Of a stretch of 37,252 bases of DNA, positions 24,195 through 36,818 are shown in pieces. How positions within the stretch are numbered: position 1 is the first letter of the stretch; each line of letters begins with the position of its first letter. This stretch comes from a virus (taxonomy: Duplodnaviria > Caudoviricetes): IMG/VR virus record IMGVR_UViG_3300048599_000879, positions 1 to 37,252 of that record; one strand, 5' to 3'. The position numbers and the translations under genes were made by a program. The notes under the pieces were generated by a model. That model did no database searches, was not told the DNA's origin, and was given only the letters and a program-made list of their open reading frames with translations.

Positions 24195-24509
24195 ATGAAG
24201 TTCAAGTTCGAAGCGATCAGCACCTTCAAGACGGACGTCGAAGTTACGTTGCCCAACGGCGAGCAACAGACTTTCACCGGCGCCTTCACATACCTCGATG
24301 ACGAAGCCAACGAAGAGGCGGTGAAGGCTTCCAATGCCGAGTTGCTGCGGAAGGTCTGGATTGGCTGGGATGGAATTGTCGACGCCGACGACAAGCCGCT
24401 GGCTTTCAGTGCGGAGCAGCGCGATCTGCTCCTGCGTCACCTCTACATCCACAACGCCGTCGTATCCGCCTACGTCCAGGCCCGCGCGGGATTGCGCGCA
24501 AAAAACTGA
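24195..24509 (+). CDS. Tail assembly chaperone (G-like)
   Basis: GAGG RBS; GWDGIVDADDKPLAFS; ends RAKN* on a slippery heptamer. Confidence 0.82.
   Translation: MKFKFEAISTFKTDVEVTLPNGEQQTFTGAFTYLDDEANEEAVKASNAELLRKVWIGWDGIVDADDKPLAFSAEQRDLLLRHLYIHNAVVSAYVQARAGLRAKN
24500..24506 (+). other. -1 programmed ribosomal frameshift site A AAA AAC
   Basis: X XXY YYZ heptamer just before the TGA; the -1 frame (CTG at 24506) is open and in frame with the 24530-24877 ORF. Confidence 0.85.
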
Positions 24510-24877
24510 GACAGGCGGCGCGGGCCTGGGTGAAGGACTCGAGCCCCGCGGCGCCCGATCAGGTGAGTGAAGATTTGCGGGTGCTCTTGGCCCCGCCCGA
24601 AACGATCCAGGAATGGCAGACACAGCTCAATCAGCAGGAAGAGGACTCCAGCATGACGCTGCCGGCCGACTGCCGACCGGCGGTGCAGGCGTTCCTGGCA
24701 TGCGCCACGCAATGGAACCGACTGCTGGCGGGCGATCGGCTGCTCGCGACCGGGCTCAACTATGCCGGCGTGCGCGAAGCGCTGCGGTTCTTGCGTATTC
24801 GCGTCACGCCCGAGCTCTTCCGCGACCTGCAGCTGATGGAAGGTGCGGCCCTGGAAGCCATGACGGAAGGCCGGTGA
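24506..24877 (+). CDS. DUF1799-like chaperone extension (T part of the G-T fusion)
   Basis: AVQAFLACATQW...GLNYAGV...FRDLQLMEGAAL; reached by -1 frameshift. Confidence 0.8.
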   Translation: MRQAARAWVKDSSPAAPDQVSEDLRVLLAPPETIQEWQTQLNQQEEDSSMTLPADCRPAVQAFLACATQWNRLLAGDRLLATGLNYAGVREALRFLRIRVTPELFRDLQLMEGAALEAMTEGR

Positions 24878-24881
24878 CCTG

Positions 24882-27800
24882 ATGTCCGCCGCTGCCTTCC
24901 GCGTCCAGGGCGAGCTCGTCCTCGAATCCGATGGCTTCGTCGGCTCAGCAAATGCGTCGAAGACGGCCCTGGACGGTTTGAGCGCGGCCGGCCGGAAGTT
25001 GGTCGATACCAGCGCGGCAGTGAACCAGGCCACGGCGCGCGAGATCCAGGCGCAGACGGCCGTCACGGCGGCACGCCGCGAAGCCGCCGCCGTGGCGGAA
25101 CAGTCCGGGCAACGGATTGTTGCGGCGAACGTCGCCGTCAATACGGCCGCAGTGCAAGCCGCCCAGGCACAAGTATCCGCGGCATCGGCAGCGAAGACGC
25201 AAGCAGATGGCTTCGCTCGCCTGGCACAGCAGCAGGCAGTCGATACCGGCAAGGCACGATCCCGCGAGCTGATGGAAAGTGTCGAGGCGTCAAATCAGCA
25301 GCTGAAGGCGCTCTACGGCACGGCCGCAAAGACGCAGACGGCCGAGCTCGAAAAGGCGGCTGGTGCTACGCGCACCTATGAAGGAGCCCAGGAGCGCGTT
25401 CGCGCAGCCAACGACAATGTCACTGGCTCGGTAGATCGGCAGTCGAAGGCGCTGGCCTATCAGCGCGTACAGCTGGGCTACCAGTTGAACGATGTCTTCG
25501 TTCAGCTCGCCAGTGGCCAGGGCGTGGTGCGCACGGCGATCCAGCAGGGTCCGCAGATCACGCAGCTGTACGGTGGCCTGGGCGCGACCCTGCGAGCGAT
25601 CCCGTTGGCGGCGGCTGGGTATGTGACCGGCATTGCTGCGGTCGCAGGCATCACGCTTGCGGCCGTAAACCATCTCAATGAGTTCAATTCGAGGGGCAAA
25701 GCCACCGAGAACATGCTGCAGGCGACTGGCCGTGCGGCACAAGTCTCGGCTGGCCAGATCGAGGCAGTCGTCCAGGCCCAGGCTCGCCGTCCTGGGGCGG
25801 ACGTCACCGAGACCGGCGACGTGGCGCGGTCGTTGCTCGCGAACAGCGCCCTCACTGGTGACTCCGTCCAGCGCACGCTCGCCCTGGCGCGCGACCTTGC
25901 CCGCGTCACGGGCACGGATCTGCCGGCTGCAGCGGCGGCTCTCATGCAGGGCCTGGATGGCACCGAGGCCGGCGCCCGCAAGCTCGATGCCGTCTTCAAT
26001 GCCCTGACGCCGCGCGAGCTTGAGCAGGTCCGCCGCCTCGAAGCGCTGGGCGATCGTGCCGGCGCAGTCGGTGTCGTCCTGGGTGCCTTGGAGCGCAATC
26101 TCGCCGGTGCGGCCGAGCGTGGCGCCTCTCCTCTCGACACGGCCACGACGAAGCTGAGGACAGCCTGGAACTCGCTGCTCGGCGCGCTTTCGAACACCGG
26201 CGTCATCACGTTCGCGGCCGGCGTGATGCGGCAACTCGCGCTGCCCGTTCTGGCGACCGCCGACGCCATCAATGTCATCAGCCGGTTCGGCGGCGGCTCT
26301 TCGTCGCCGGGAGGCAATGCGCCGGATCAGAAGGACATCGATAGCGCGCGCAAGTCCGTCGACTACGAGCGGAGCATCCTGCGTCAGCTACAAGAGGACA
26401 AGCGCAAGGCGCACGCCGACGACCAGTGGCAGTACGACCAGGCCATCCTTGCCAGTCAGCGCCGGTTGAAGGATGGCGAGGCATCGCTCAGCCAGCTTGA
26501 AGGTCGCGCCGGACAGGTCACCAACAAGGCGGTGACCGACCAGATCAAGGGCTGGGCGACAGCGCTCAACATCCAGGTCAAGGAATCGCTGGCGGCGATA
26601 GACAAGATCGACACCGTCGTTGGGCAACGCCAGGCGCTGCAGGATCTGCGCACGCGCGCGGCCACCGTCATCAACAGTGGCGTTGCGACACCGGATCAGG
26701 TCGCACAGGCCAGCGAGGCGCTCGCCCAGATCGACGGCAAGCTGCGTGCGCTGCGCACACCTGCGGAAGAACTGAAGCGCCAGCTCGATCTCGGTACGGC
26801 ACTCTCGCTTATTCCGGCGCATCTGCGGCCGGCGGCCGAGGCCTTCAAGGAAACTCAGCGTCGCGCCCTCGAAATGGGCATGTCGACGGCTGACGCCTTG
26901 CGGATGGCCGAACAGGCGCGCGACAATGTCCTACGTGAGCAGTCGACGGCCAGCGGCCAGCAGCTTCAGCTGCTCTCGGCCGAGGCCGAAGGGGCGCTCA
27001 AGGTTGCCGAAGCCTACGGCACGTCGCGGGCCGCTGCGCTGCAGGCGGCAGCGGCACAGAAGGCGGCCGCGGCCGAGCTGCAGGGCTCGATCGCATCGGG
27101 CACCGCTGGCGAGTTTGCTCAACGTCAGCTTGAGCAGGATGCGGCCAACGCGGTCGTCGCATCGGCCGAGAAGAACGAAGCCTATGCCCGCGAGGTGGCC
27201 GGCCTGGAGCGTCTGGTTGCGGCAGAAGGCCAGTCGTCGGTCGCCGCACGGGAGACCGAGCGCGCCAATCGAGTTGCCGCTTATGCGGAGGATCTGCGCG
27301 CGCAGGCCGCCGCCAGCGGTAGCGCCATCATCATCGCCGCGGCCGAGCGCCAGATCGCGACCTACGACCGCCTGTCGAAGAAGGCGATGGAAGCCGAAAT
27401 CCGGCGCGACGCCAATGCGCTGAACCGTCAGTACGATCCGACCATCGCCTACGATCAGGAGATCGCGAAGCTCGGGGAGCTCCAGTCGACCGGGCTGTTG
27501 ACCCAGCGCACGATCGAAGAGGCAACCCGGGCAGCGGAGCAGCGCCGCCTGGAGGCGAGCCGCAGCGCCACCGACGGCATGATCGCGGGCCTTCGACGCT
27601 ACGCCGATGAAGCTACGAACGCCGGCTCAGCCGCGGCCGACGGAATGGCGACTGGCCTTCGGTCGATCGAGGACAACCTGGTTCAGCTCGCCACGACCGG
27701 GCAGTTCACGTTCGCGAACATGGTCAATTCCATGATCGCGGATTTGGCGCGTCTGACGGCCCGGCAGACCATTACCGGACCGCTCGCGAAGGCGATTGGC

Positions 27801-28298
27801 GGCATCAACTGGGGAAGTATCTTCAGCGGCGGCGGAAGTGGCAGCGTCCCAGATATCGGCACAGGCACGGGCTACACCTATCACACCGGTGGGCTGATCG
27901 GGCCCAGCGGCTCTCGCTCCCGTCAGGTGCCACGCTCTACCTGGATCGACGCGCCGCGCTATCACACCGGTGGGCTGGTCGGCGGTGAACGCGCCATCAT
28001 CGCCCAGGATAACGAAGAGGTCCTTACGACATCTGACCCACGGCACCGCTGGAACTTTGGTCGTGGGCTGGGCAGCGGCGCCACTGCTGTGTCGGTGAAC
28101 GTCGACGTCTCGGTGATCAACAACACGAACAGTCAAGTCAGCACGGAACAGGGGGCCGGTTCGGACGGCACGCCGTGGATGAAGATCTTCGTTGACGAGG
28201 TGAAGAACCAGATCGCCGGTGACATCACGGGCACGCGTGGCGCGGTTTACCGGTCAATCAAGGGCACCTTCGGCGTCGGAGCTGTGGCGCGCACATGA
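24882..28298 (+). CDS. Tape measure protein (lambda-type)
   Basis: 1138 aa, Ala-rich and helical; QLNDVFVQLASGQ...IQQGPQI; F..MVNSMIADLAR; C-terminal YHTGG motifs. Confidence 0.93.
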   Translation: MSAAAFRVQGELVLESDGFVGSANASKTALDGLSAAGRKLVDTSAAVNQATAREIQAQTAVTAARREAAAVAEQSGQRIVAANVAVNTAAVQAAQAQVSAASAAKTQADGFARLAQQQAVDTGKARSRELMESVEASNQQLKALYGTAAKTQTAELEKAAGATRTYEGAQERVRAANDNVTGSVDRQSKALAYQRVQLGYQLNDVFVQLASGQGVVRTAIQQGPQITQLYGGLGATLRAIPLAAAGYVTGIAAVAGITLAAVNHLNEFNSRGKATENMLQATGRAAQVSAGQIEAVVQAQARRPGADVTETGDVARSLLANSALTGDSVQRTLALARDLARVTGTDLPAAAAALMQGLDGTEAGARKLDAVFNALTPRELEQVRRLEALGDRAGAVGVVLGALERNLAGAAERGASPLDTATTKLRTAWNSLLGALSNTGVITFAAGVMRQLALPVLATADAINVISRFGGGSSSPGGNAPDQKDIDSARKSVDYERSILRQLQEDKRKAHADDQWQYDQAILASQRRLKDGEASLSQLEGRAGQVTNKAVTDQIKGWATALNIQVKESLAAIDKIDTVVGQRQALQDLRTRAATVINSGVATPDQVAQASEALAQIDGKLRALRTPAEELKRQLDLGTALSLIPAHLRPAAEAFKETQRRALEMGMSTADALRMAEQARDNVLREQSTASGQQLQLLSAEAEGALKVAEAYGTSRAAALQAAAAQKAAAAELQGSIASGTAGEFAQRQLEQDAANAVVASAEKNEAYAREVAGLERLVAAEGQSSVAARETERANRVAAYAEDLRAQAAASGSAIIIAAAERQIATYDRLSKKAMEAEIRRDANALNRQYDPTIAYDQEIAKLGELQSTGLLTQRTIEEATRAAEQRRLEASRSATDGMIAGLRRYADEATNAGSAAADGMATGLRSIEDNLVQLATTGQFTFANMVNSMIADLARLTARQTITGPLAKAIGGINWGSIFSGGGSGSVPDIGTGTGYTYHTGGLIGPSGSRSRQVPRSTWIDAPRYHTGGLVGGERAIIAQDNEEVLTTSDPRHRWNFGRGLGSGATAVSVNVDVSVINNTNSQVSTEQGAGSDGTPWMKIFVDEVKNQIAGDITGTRGAVYRSIKGTFGVGAVART

Positions 28299-28864
28299 CA
28301 GTCTCGCTCTCCTGGCCTGCGACACTACCTTCGCCCACGATGAATGGGTACGGCATCGAGGACAAGCCGCGCATCGCCCGCACGGACATGGATTCTGGCA
28401 CCGCGCGCCAGCGCCTGACCAGCCGCCAAGCGCCGTCTGATGTTTCGGCTCGCTGGGTGTTTTCTCTGTTCCAGTACGCGATCTTCGAAGCGTGGCTTGA
28501 GCACCGTGCGAAGTACGGCGCGAACTGGTTCAACATCACCTACCTGGGTGGCGTTGGTCTCGTCTCTTGCGAAGCGCGCTTCAAAGAAGGCAAGGCGCCA
28601 GCGAAGTACCAGAACGGCGCCCTCGTCGTCGTCACGGCCACTTTGGAGGTTCGTGAGCGACCCAAGTTGTCGGACGCGGATCTAACGATCCTGATCAACG
28701 AAGCACCCGGACCATTGTTCGCGGCCTTGGACGCTTTCCACACCACCATAGCGTGGCAGCTCTGGCCGAGCGGCGACGACCTGTTTGCGATTCCCGGCGA
28801 AGACATGACAGCGCTCCTGTCTGCGTGTGCCTCGTTCCACGTCACCATGACCACCGCCTTCTGA
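28295..28864 (+). CDS. Distal tail protein (Dit / gpM-like)
   Basis: WPATLP.P...GY, RTDMDSG.ARQR, FEAW...GANWF; directly after the tape measure gene. Confidence 0.72.
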   Translation: MTVSLSWPATLPSPTMNGYGIEDKPRIARTDMDSGTARQRLTSRQAPSDVSARWVFSLFQYAIFEAWLEHRAKYGANWFNITYLGGVGLVSCEARFKEGKAPAKYQNGALVVVTATLEVRERPKLSDADLTILINEAPGPLFAALDAFHTTIAWQLWPSGDDLFAIPGEDMTALLSACASFHVTMTTAF

Positions 28865-28874
28865 GGACTACAGC

Positions 28875-30326
28875 ATGACCTTGGCCACCGATCTCGCCGC
28901 CGCTACCGCCCAAGTCAACGTCGACGCGGCGCTACTCCGCGCCGTTGTACAAGGGCCGGCCGGCGGTGCCGCCTCGCTCGTGACGTTCCCGAACGGATCA
29001 GTGGTCAAGACACTGGCGCGCGCTTCTTCCGAGGTGGCTGGGCCGTTCGTCCTCAAGGCCGGTGACACGATGACCGGCCTCCTTCACCTTCGTGATACCA
29101 GCGACGGGCAGTTGCTATTCGAAACCGCCGCCGGTGCATTCAAGGCGGGCATCGGCACTAGCGGACTGCTCGCTGGCGCGGCCGACGATCTCCGCATCCG
29201 CAGCGACGGCGCCGCCATCCGGATCGGCTTCACGGGCGATGAGTACGCGAAGATCGCCCGCAGCGAGGGGCTCTACCTCCGATCGACCGGCACGTCGGGT
29301 CAGCTGCTCCTCACGAATACGGCAGGTGTCTTCGTGGCCGGCCTCGGCACGAATAGCCTGCTCGGCAGTGCCGGCACCGATGCGCTCCGCATCAGGTCCG
29401 ATGCCTCTGCACCCATAGAGTTCGGCTTCTCTGGTGCTTCGGCCTGGCAGCTCTACACGAGCTACTTCCGCCCGGTTGCCGACAACTCGTCGTCATTGGG
29501 CGACGCCTCCCACCGCCTGAGCGTCCTGTATGCGGGCACCGGCACGATCAGCACATCCGACGGCAGGCAGAAGCTCTGGCGCTCCTATCTGCGGGACACG
29601 CCGGGCTTGGTCAATGTGGGGCTCATGATCCCGGAGATTCTGGGCTCGTTCCAGTTCCTGCAATCGATCGAAGAGAAGGGTCGCGCGGCCTGGGAGGCTC
29701 TGACGCCCGAAGAGCGCGCCGGCAAACCCATGGCGGAGACGATCAATTTTCTCGGCAAAGAACGGGCGCGCATTCACGTCGGCCTCACGGTGCAGGAGCT
29801 GGTTGCGCTTTTCGATGTGGTGCGCCAGCAGCATCCAGATCTGCCGACGCCGGCGCAGCTCGGTCTCTACGGCCGTGACGCCGTCAAGACCAGGGTGCCA
29901 CAGACGGTCACTCGTCAGCGGCCGCTCATGATCGACGAACCCTATACGGACCTCGAATACGAGGATCGCGGGGCGCATCTCGTGTGCCGCGAAGTATCAC
30001 GCACGCGTCGGGTGGCGGCGCCACCCACCCTGAAACCCGTGTTGAACGCAGACGGCACGCAGAGGCTGGAACAGCGCGGCTTCAAGCCCTCCGGCTTGGT
30101 CGACCCGGCAGGCGCGCCTGGCATGGTGCCGAACATGGTGCCGATGATGCGACCGGTGCCGGTAATGGAGCCTTACGAAGACACGATCTACGACGAGGTC
30201 GACCTGGGCGAGTATGTGCTGAGCACGCGGTCTGACCAGATCGCCTACCTGTGTATCGGCGCGGCCCATATCGCGCGGAAGGAACTTGAAGCGCGTGTGG
30301 CGGTCCTGGAAGCGGCGGCGCCATGA
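28875..30326 (+). CDS. Tail fibre with C-terminal S74 intramolecular chaperone
   Basis: VLKAGDTMTG.L, LGDASHR, ISTSDGRQK autocleavage motif, RIHVGLTVQEL and a terminal coiled coil ELEARVAVLE. Confidence 0.82.
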   Translation: MTLATDLAAATAQVNVDAALLRAVVQGPAGGAASLVTFPNGSVVKTLARASSEVAGPFVLKAGDTMTGLLHLRDTSDGQLLFETAAGAFKAGIGTSGLLAGAADDLRIRSDGAAIRIGFTGDEYAKIARSEGLYLRSTGTSGQLLLTNTAGVFVAGLGTNSLLGSAGTDALRIRSDASAPIEFGFSGASAWQLYTSYFRPVADNSSSLGDASHRLSVLYAGTGTISTSDGRQKLWRSYLRDTPGLVNVGLMIPEILGSFQFLQSIEEKGRAAWEALTPEERAGKPMAETINFLGKERARIHVGLTVQELVALFDVVRQQHPDLPTPAQLGLYGRDAVKTRVPQTVTRQRPLMIDEPYTDLEYEDRGAHLVCREVSRTRRVAAPPTLKPVLNADGTQRLEQRGFKPSGLVDPAGAPGMVPNMVPMMRPVPVMEPYEDTIYDEVDLGEYVLSTRSDQIAYLCIGAAHIARKELEARVAVLEAAAP

Positions 30327-30439
30327 TCGTATGGCTGCTGATGGTCGCCGCGTTCTTCGTAGGCGTCCTCGTCAGATGGCGATCGCGTGGCCGATGGGAA
30401 CGCGGGCTGCGCGACTTCGTGAACGTGCACGGGGACTAA
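30323..30439 (+). CDS. 38-aa single-TM peptide (absent from ORF track)
   Basis: ATGA overlap with the fibre stop; MIVWLLMVAAFFVGVLVRWRSRGRWERGLRDFVNVHGD*; ends 3 nt before the next ATG. Confidence 0.6.
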   Translation: MIVWLLMVAAFFVGVLVRWRSRGRWERGLRDFVNVHGD

Positions 30440-30442
30440 GCG

Positions 30443-30985
30443 ATGCCCGATCCCACCATGTCGGAAGCGATGCGCGAAGCCTATGCCATCGCGCCGTCGA
30501 GCCGCTTCGTTGTCGATACGCTGGAGATCCGGCATCCGAACTTCATCGACGATGATGGCCATGCGGATTCCATCTGGCTCACGACCGATGGGAAGGACGT
30601 GACGGCACGCCTCGAAGCGTCTGCAGCCGTCAAGCCGCTACAAGAGGTGGTCTTTCGGTCGTTCGGGTTCCGCTTCAAGTTGGCACGTATAGAGCCAGGC
30701 ACCGGCGCCGAGCTTGAGCTGCTGGTCGACAATGTCGATCGGCGTATCGCCCAGAACATCAATCGGGCGTCCAAGGGATTCGTCAAGACGATGATGTGCT
30801 ATCGCGCCTTCATGTCCGACGACCTGGAAGCGCCCTCCATGACGCCCAGGTCGTTCGTGCTTTCGGACTGCAGTGCCAACTCGCTGACGGTGACAGCCAA
30901 GGCTCGTGTTGCGATTGACCTCCTGGGAGCATTCCCGCGCTACCTCTACACCGCCAACGAGTATGCGGGGCTGATCGGCTTATGA
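30443..30985 (+). CDS. DUF1833 / gpL-like tail tip protein
   Basis: MPDPTMSEAMREAYA.AP...DTLEIRHP, L.VDNV, FPR..YT..EY.GL. Confidence 0.8.
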   Translation: MPDPTMSEAMREAYAIAPSSRFVVDTLEIRHPNFIDDDGHADSIWLTTDGKDVTARLEASAAVKPLQEVVFRSFGFRFKLARIEPGTGAELELLVDNVDRRIAQNINRASKGFVKTMMCYRAFMSDDLEAPSMTPRSFVLSDCSANSLTVTAKARVAIDLLGAFPRYLYTANEYAGLIGL

Positions 30986-31417
30986 GTGACTGGCACTGGA
31001 CCGAGCAGTATCTCGGGTTGCCTTATGCCCAGGGCGGTGATGGTCCAGCTGGCTACAATTGCTGGGGCTTCTTCCGCTTCGTGCAGAAGGACCATTTCGG
31101 GATCCTGGTTCCGGAGATCTCAGAACCGGAGAACTTGCCTCGTCTCCTGCGGAAAGTTCCCGCCGCGGCGGCCGAGCTTGGATGGGAGCAGACCACGGCT
31201 CCGCGATCGGGTGACGCCGCTCTGATGGCGCACCACACCCATCCGAGCCACTGCGGCATCTACGTCGACGACGTGGCCGGAGGCGCCATCCTGCATTGCG
31301 TCAGCGGCCCTGGCTCTGTGCTGCACTCACTGCGGCATCTCGCGGTCGCGGACTGGCGGATCGTCAAGTTCTATCGTCCGGTCGACATGCCGATCGGCAG
31401 TTTGGTGGTGCCAGGCC

Positions 31418-31425
<8 letters not shown>
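30982..31425 (+). CDS. NlpC/P60 tail-assembly protein (gpK-like)
   Basis: YLGLPY..GG.GP..YNCWG, HCGIY, ILH (Cys-His-His). Confidence 0.87.
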
Positions 31426-34554
<3,129 letters not shown>

Positions 34555-34558
<4 letters not shown>

Positions 34559-34977
34559 GGGCACTGATCGCCGGCGCACCCTGGCGCGGTGCTATGACGG
34601 CGCTCGATCGACGCTGCATCCTCGCTCTCGAAGCCATCCAGCTTGGCCCTGCGACCCGCGCCGCCGCGGTTTCGGCCGCGCTTCATATGAGGATGACGAA
34701 GGGCCAGCCAATCACCAGCCGTGAGCGCCACGCCCTTTACGCGATTGCCTATCGGTTCCGCGGCCAACTGTCGGCCGAGCTACTCGCCGAAGTCACATCA
34801 TCGCTTGCCGGCGCTGCGGCGGCCGTCGCGTTGCTGCGCATGGAACGATCGGCGGACTATCCGCAGGCCCGGCAGCCGAGACCGGCGGTCCGTGCGGTGC
34901 GCAATCTTGGAGCTCCGCCGGCGCCGGCAGCCAATCCCCTCGATGGGATCTTCAGCCAAACAGGAGCTTGCTCATGA
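34555..34977 (+). CDS. Hypothetical protein
   Basis: ATGA-coupled to J and to the next gene. Confidence 0.6.
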
Positions 34978-35450
34978 GCCACGCTCTCTCCGAAGTCTTT
35001 GCGACCTACGCTGGATCCAGCGGCGAGCGCACGCAGGCGCTGTATGATCGCCTGGAGGCTCTGGGCGACATTGGAACCATCGCAGTCAATCTCATGCGAT
35101 CGCAGAAGACGTCGTCCAGGGCGAAGGTCTACCGGCGTCGCAGCAGTCGCGGCGCGGCCTACGACACCAAGCAGTGGGCGATGGACAATCTCTGTCGCGC
35201 ACTCCAAAGCGGTGCCGGCGGCGACGAGATCACGAGCTGGGGTTGGGGTATCGACGACAAGCAGCCGGTTCATCGCCATGTGCTCTATGTCGACTTGCCG
35301 ACAGGCCAGGTCTCTTTCCACACTCAATACCGCGGAGCCGGCCCGGGCTACTCCGGAGCATGGGACGGCATCGAGGGGCAGAGCGCCGATCGCATCCTTC
35401 GCTGGTGTGCCAGGATCCTCGACACAGCGACGTCGCCGGTGGCTGCATGA
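34974..35450 (+). CDS. Hypothetical protein with YVDLPTGQVSFH...WDG motif
   Basis: AGGAG RBS; ATGA overlaps at both ends; I recall this motif pattern from phage proteins of unknown function (not verified). Confidence 0.7.
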   Translation: MSHALSEVFATYAGSSGERTQALYDRLEALGDIGTIAVNLMRSQKTSSRAKVYRRRSSRGAAYDTKQWAMDNLCRALQSGAGGDEITSWGWGIDDKQPVHRHVLYVDLPTGQVSFHTQYRGAGPGYSGAWDGIEGQSADRILRWCARILDTATSPVAA

Positions 35451-36106
35451 CGGCTTCGGCCGAGCTGGTTGCCCTCGCGCCTAAAGGCGGTTTTCGGGTT
35501 GTCTACGCGGATCCGCCGTGGAAGTACGCTACGCGCGGCAAGCAGACAGCCGGCGAGTCACGGCTGCCCGATCGGCACTATCGGACCATGACGATCAAGG
35601 ACATCTGCGGGATGCCAGTTGGCGATCTCGCTGCCAATAGTGCCTGGCTCTTCATGTGGACGACCTGGCCGCATCTGGTCCAGGCCCTGCAAGTGATGGC
35701 GGCCTGGGGGTTCGAGTATTCGAGTGTCGGCTTCACCTGGATCAAGCTCAGGCGGACGCACCAGGGAGAGCTGATCACCCGGCGCAGCATTCACATGACG
35801 ACCGGCTACACCACGAGGAAGAACACCGAGCCCTGTTTGCTCGGCCGTCGGGGCAGCCCAAAGCGCCTGCGAGCTGATATCCAGGAGGCGATCTTCGCGC
35901 CGGTGCGCGAGCACAGCCGCAAGCCCGACGAGGCGGCCGAGCGCATCGTGCGCTACGCCCCAGGGCCGCGCGTCGAGCTTTTCGCCCGAGAGATGCGGCC
36001 GGGCTTCGTTCCCTGGGGCAACGAGGTCAATAAGTTCAGCCAGCCGGGCGACGCGCCGGTGGCTCGTATGGAAGGCCGCTCCAGCTGCGCGGCAGTTTCA
36101 CCTTAG
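35447..36106 (+). CDS. MT-A70 family N6-adenine methyltransferase
   Basis: VVYADPPW, HYRTM, LFMWTT, VMAAWGFEY, FTWIK, GYTTRKNTEPCLLG, REHSRKPDE, VELFAR, WGNE. Confidence 0.93.
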   Translation: MTASAELVALAPKGGFRVVYADPPWKYATRGKQTAGESRLPDRHYRTMTIKDICGMPVGDLAANSAWLFMWTTWPHLVQALQVMAAWGFEYSSVGFTWIKLRRTHQGELITRRSIHMTTGYTTRKNTEPCLLGRRGSPKRLRADIQEAIFAPVREHSRKPDEAAERIVRYAPGPRVELFAREMRPGFVPWGNEVNKFSQPGDAPVARMEGRSSCAAVSP

Positions 36107-36431
36107 CGATGTATCGGCGGAAGATGGCCGACAGCAGCTCGGGTTCGTCGGGGGCCTTGGCCATCCGCAGCAGCTCGGCATCCGTCGCTTCGGTCGTGCT
36201 GGCCATGAACACCATCAGGCGGGCGGCCAGCAGCGCCACGATCGAGCGAGGTTCTGCGCCGATCGGCAGGTCCGGATTGGCGGCGATTCGCCGGCAGAGC
36301 TCGTCGACCTGCTTGTTCAGGTCGAAATCCAGGATTGTGCCCTGGACATTGATTGTGAAGGAGGACCGGTTCTTCCGGACGTACCGGTCGATCGCATCGC
36401 CGGCTCGAGTCGCATCGATGACGTATTCCAT
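36036..36431 (-). CDS. Hypothetical protein (moron-like)
   Basis: AAAGGG upstream of ATG; plausible protein composition; convergent 71-bp overlap with the methyltransferase. Confidence 0.6.
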   Translation of the reverse strand: MEYVIDATRAGDAIDRYVRKNRSSFTINVQGTILDFDLNKQVDELCRRIAANPDLPIGAEPRSIVALLAARLMVFMASTTEATDAELLRMAKAPDEPELLSAIFRRYIAKVKLPRSWSGLPYEPPARRPAG

Positions 36432-36518
36432 TTGCCCTTTCCGATGATCAGCTGCTGAACTGGCCTGTAGGCTAGGCTATGCTCCCGTCCAAATTCCACT
36501 CCAGCCAAGGATCTCACG

Positions 36519-36818
36519 ATGATGCGGTCGCCTCGCCAGCCCGTCGATCTGGGGCTTGAGATAAAGAAGTTGGACTTCGAACCGCTCCCGTATTTCAACT
36601 GCTCGCGGCAGATCCGGTGGCGTCGGCTGGCCGGGCGCACCTCCGTCAGCGAAGGGGAGCTGGCGAAAGCCTCGGAGCAGGTCCAGCTCCCGGAGCCTAT
36701 AGCCGACGAAATCACGACCTTCTTGCGACGCCGTCCAGAGGGCTGGTCGGTTGAGATCGACCTCGACCCTACCGATCCCTACAAGATCGTCATGTGGGCG
36801 CTCCCGCCGGACAAATGA
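36519..36818 (+). CDS. Hypothetical protein
   Basis: AAGGA RBS; ATGA-coupled to the next ORF. Confidence 0.55.
   Translation: MMRSPRQPVDLGLEIKKLDFEPLPYFNCSRQIRWRRLAGRTSVSEGELAKASEQVQLPEPIADEITTFLRRRPEGWSVEIDLDPTDPYKIVMWALPPDK

Noticed and set aside
27878-27977. Exact 19-bp direct repeat CTATCACACCGGTGGGCTG at 27878 and 27959
   Set aside because: It encodes the duplicated YHTGGL motif common in tape measure C-termini. Only two copies, so not a CRISPR array or att site.
36432-36518. Prophage right end with transposase-binding repeats
   Set aside because: No repeated end motifs recognisable, and the left end is outside the window, so no comparison is possible.
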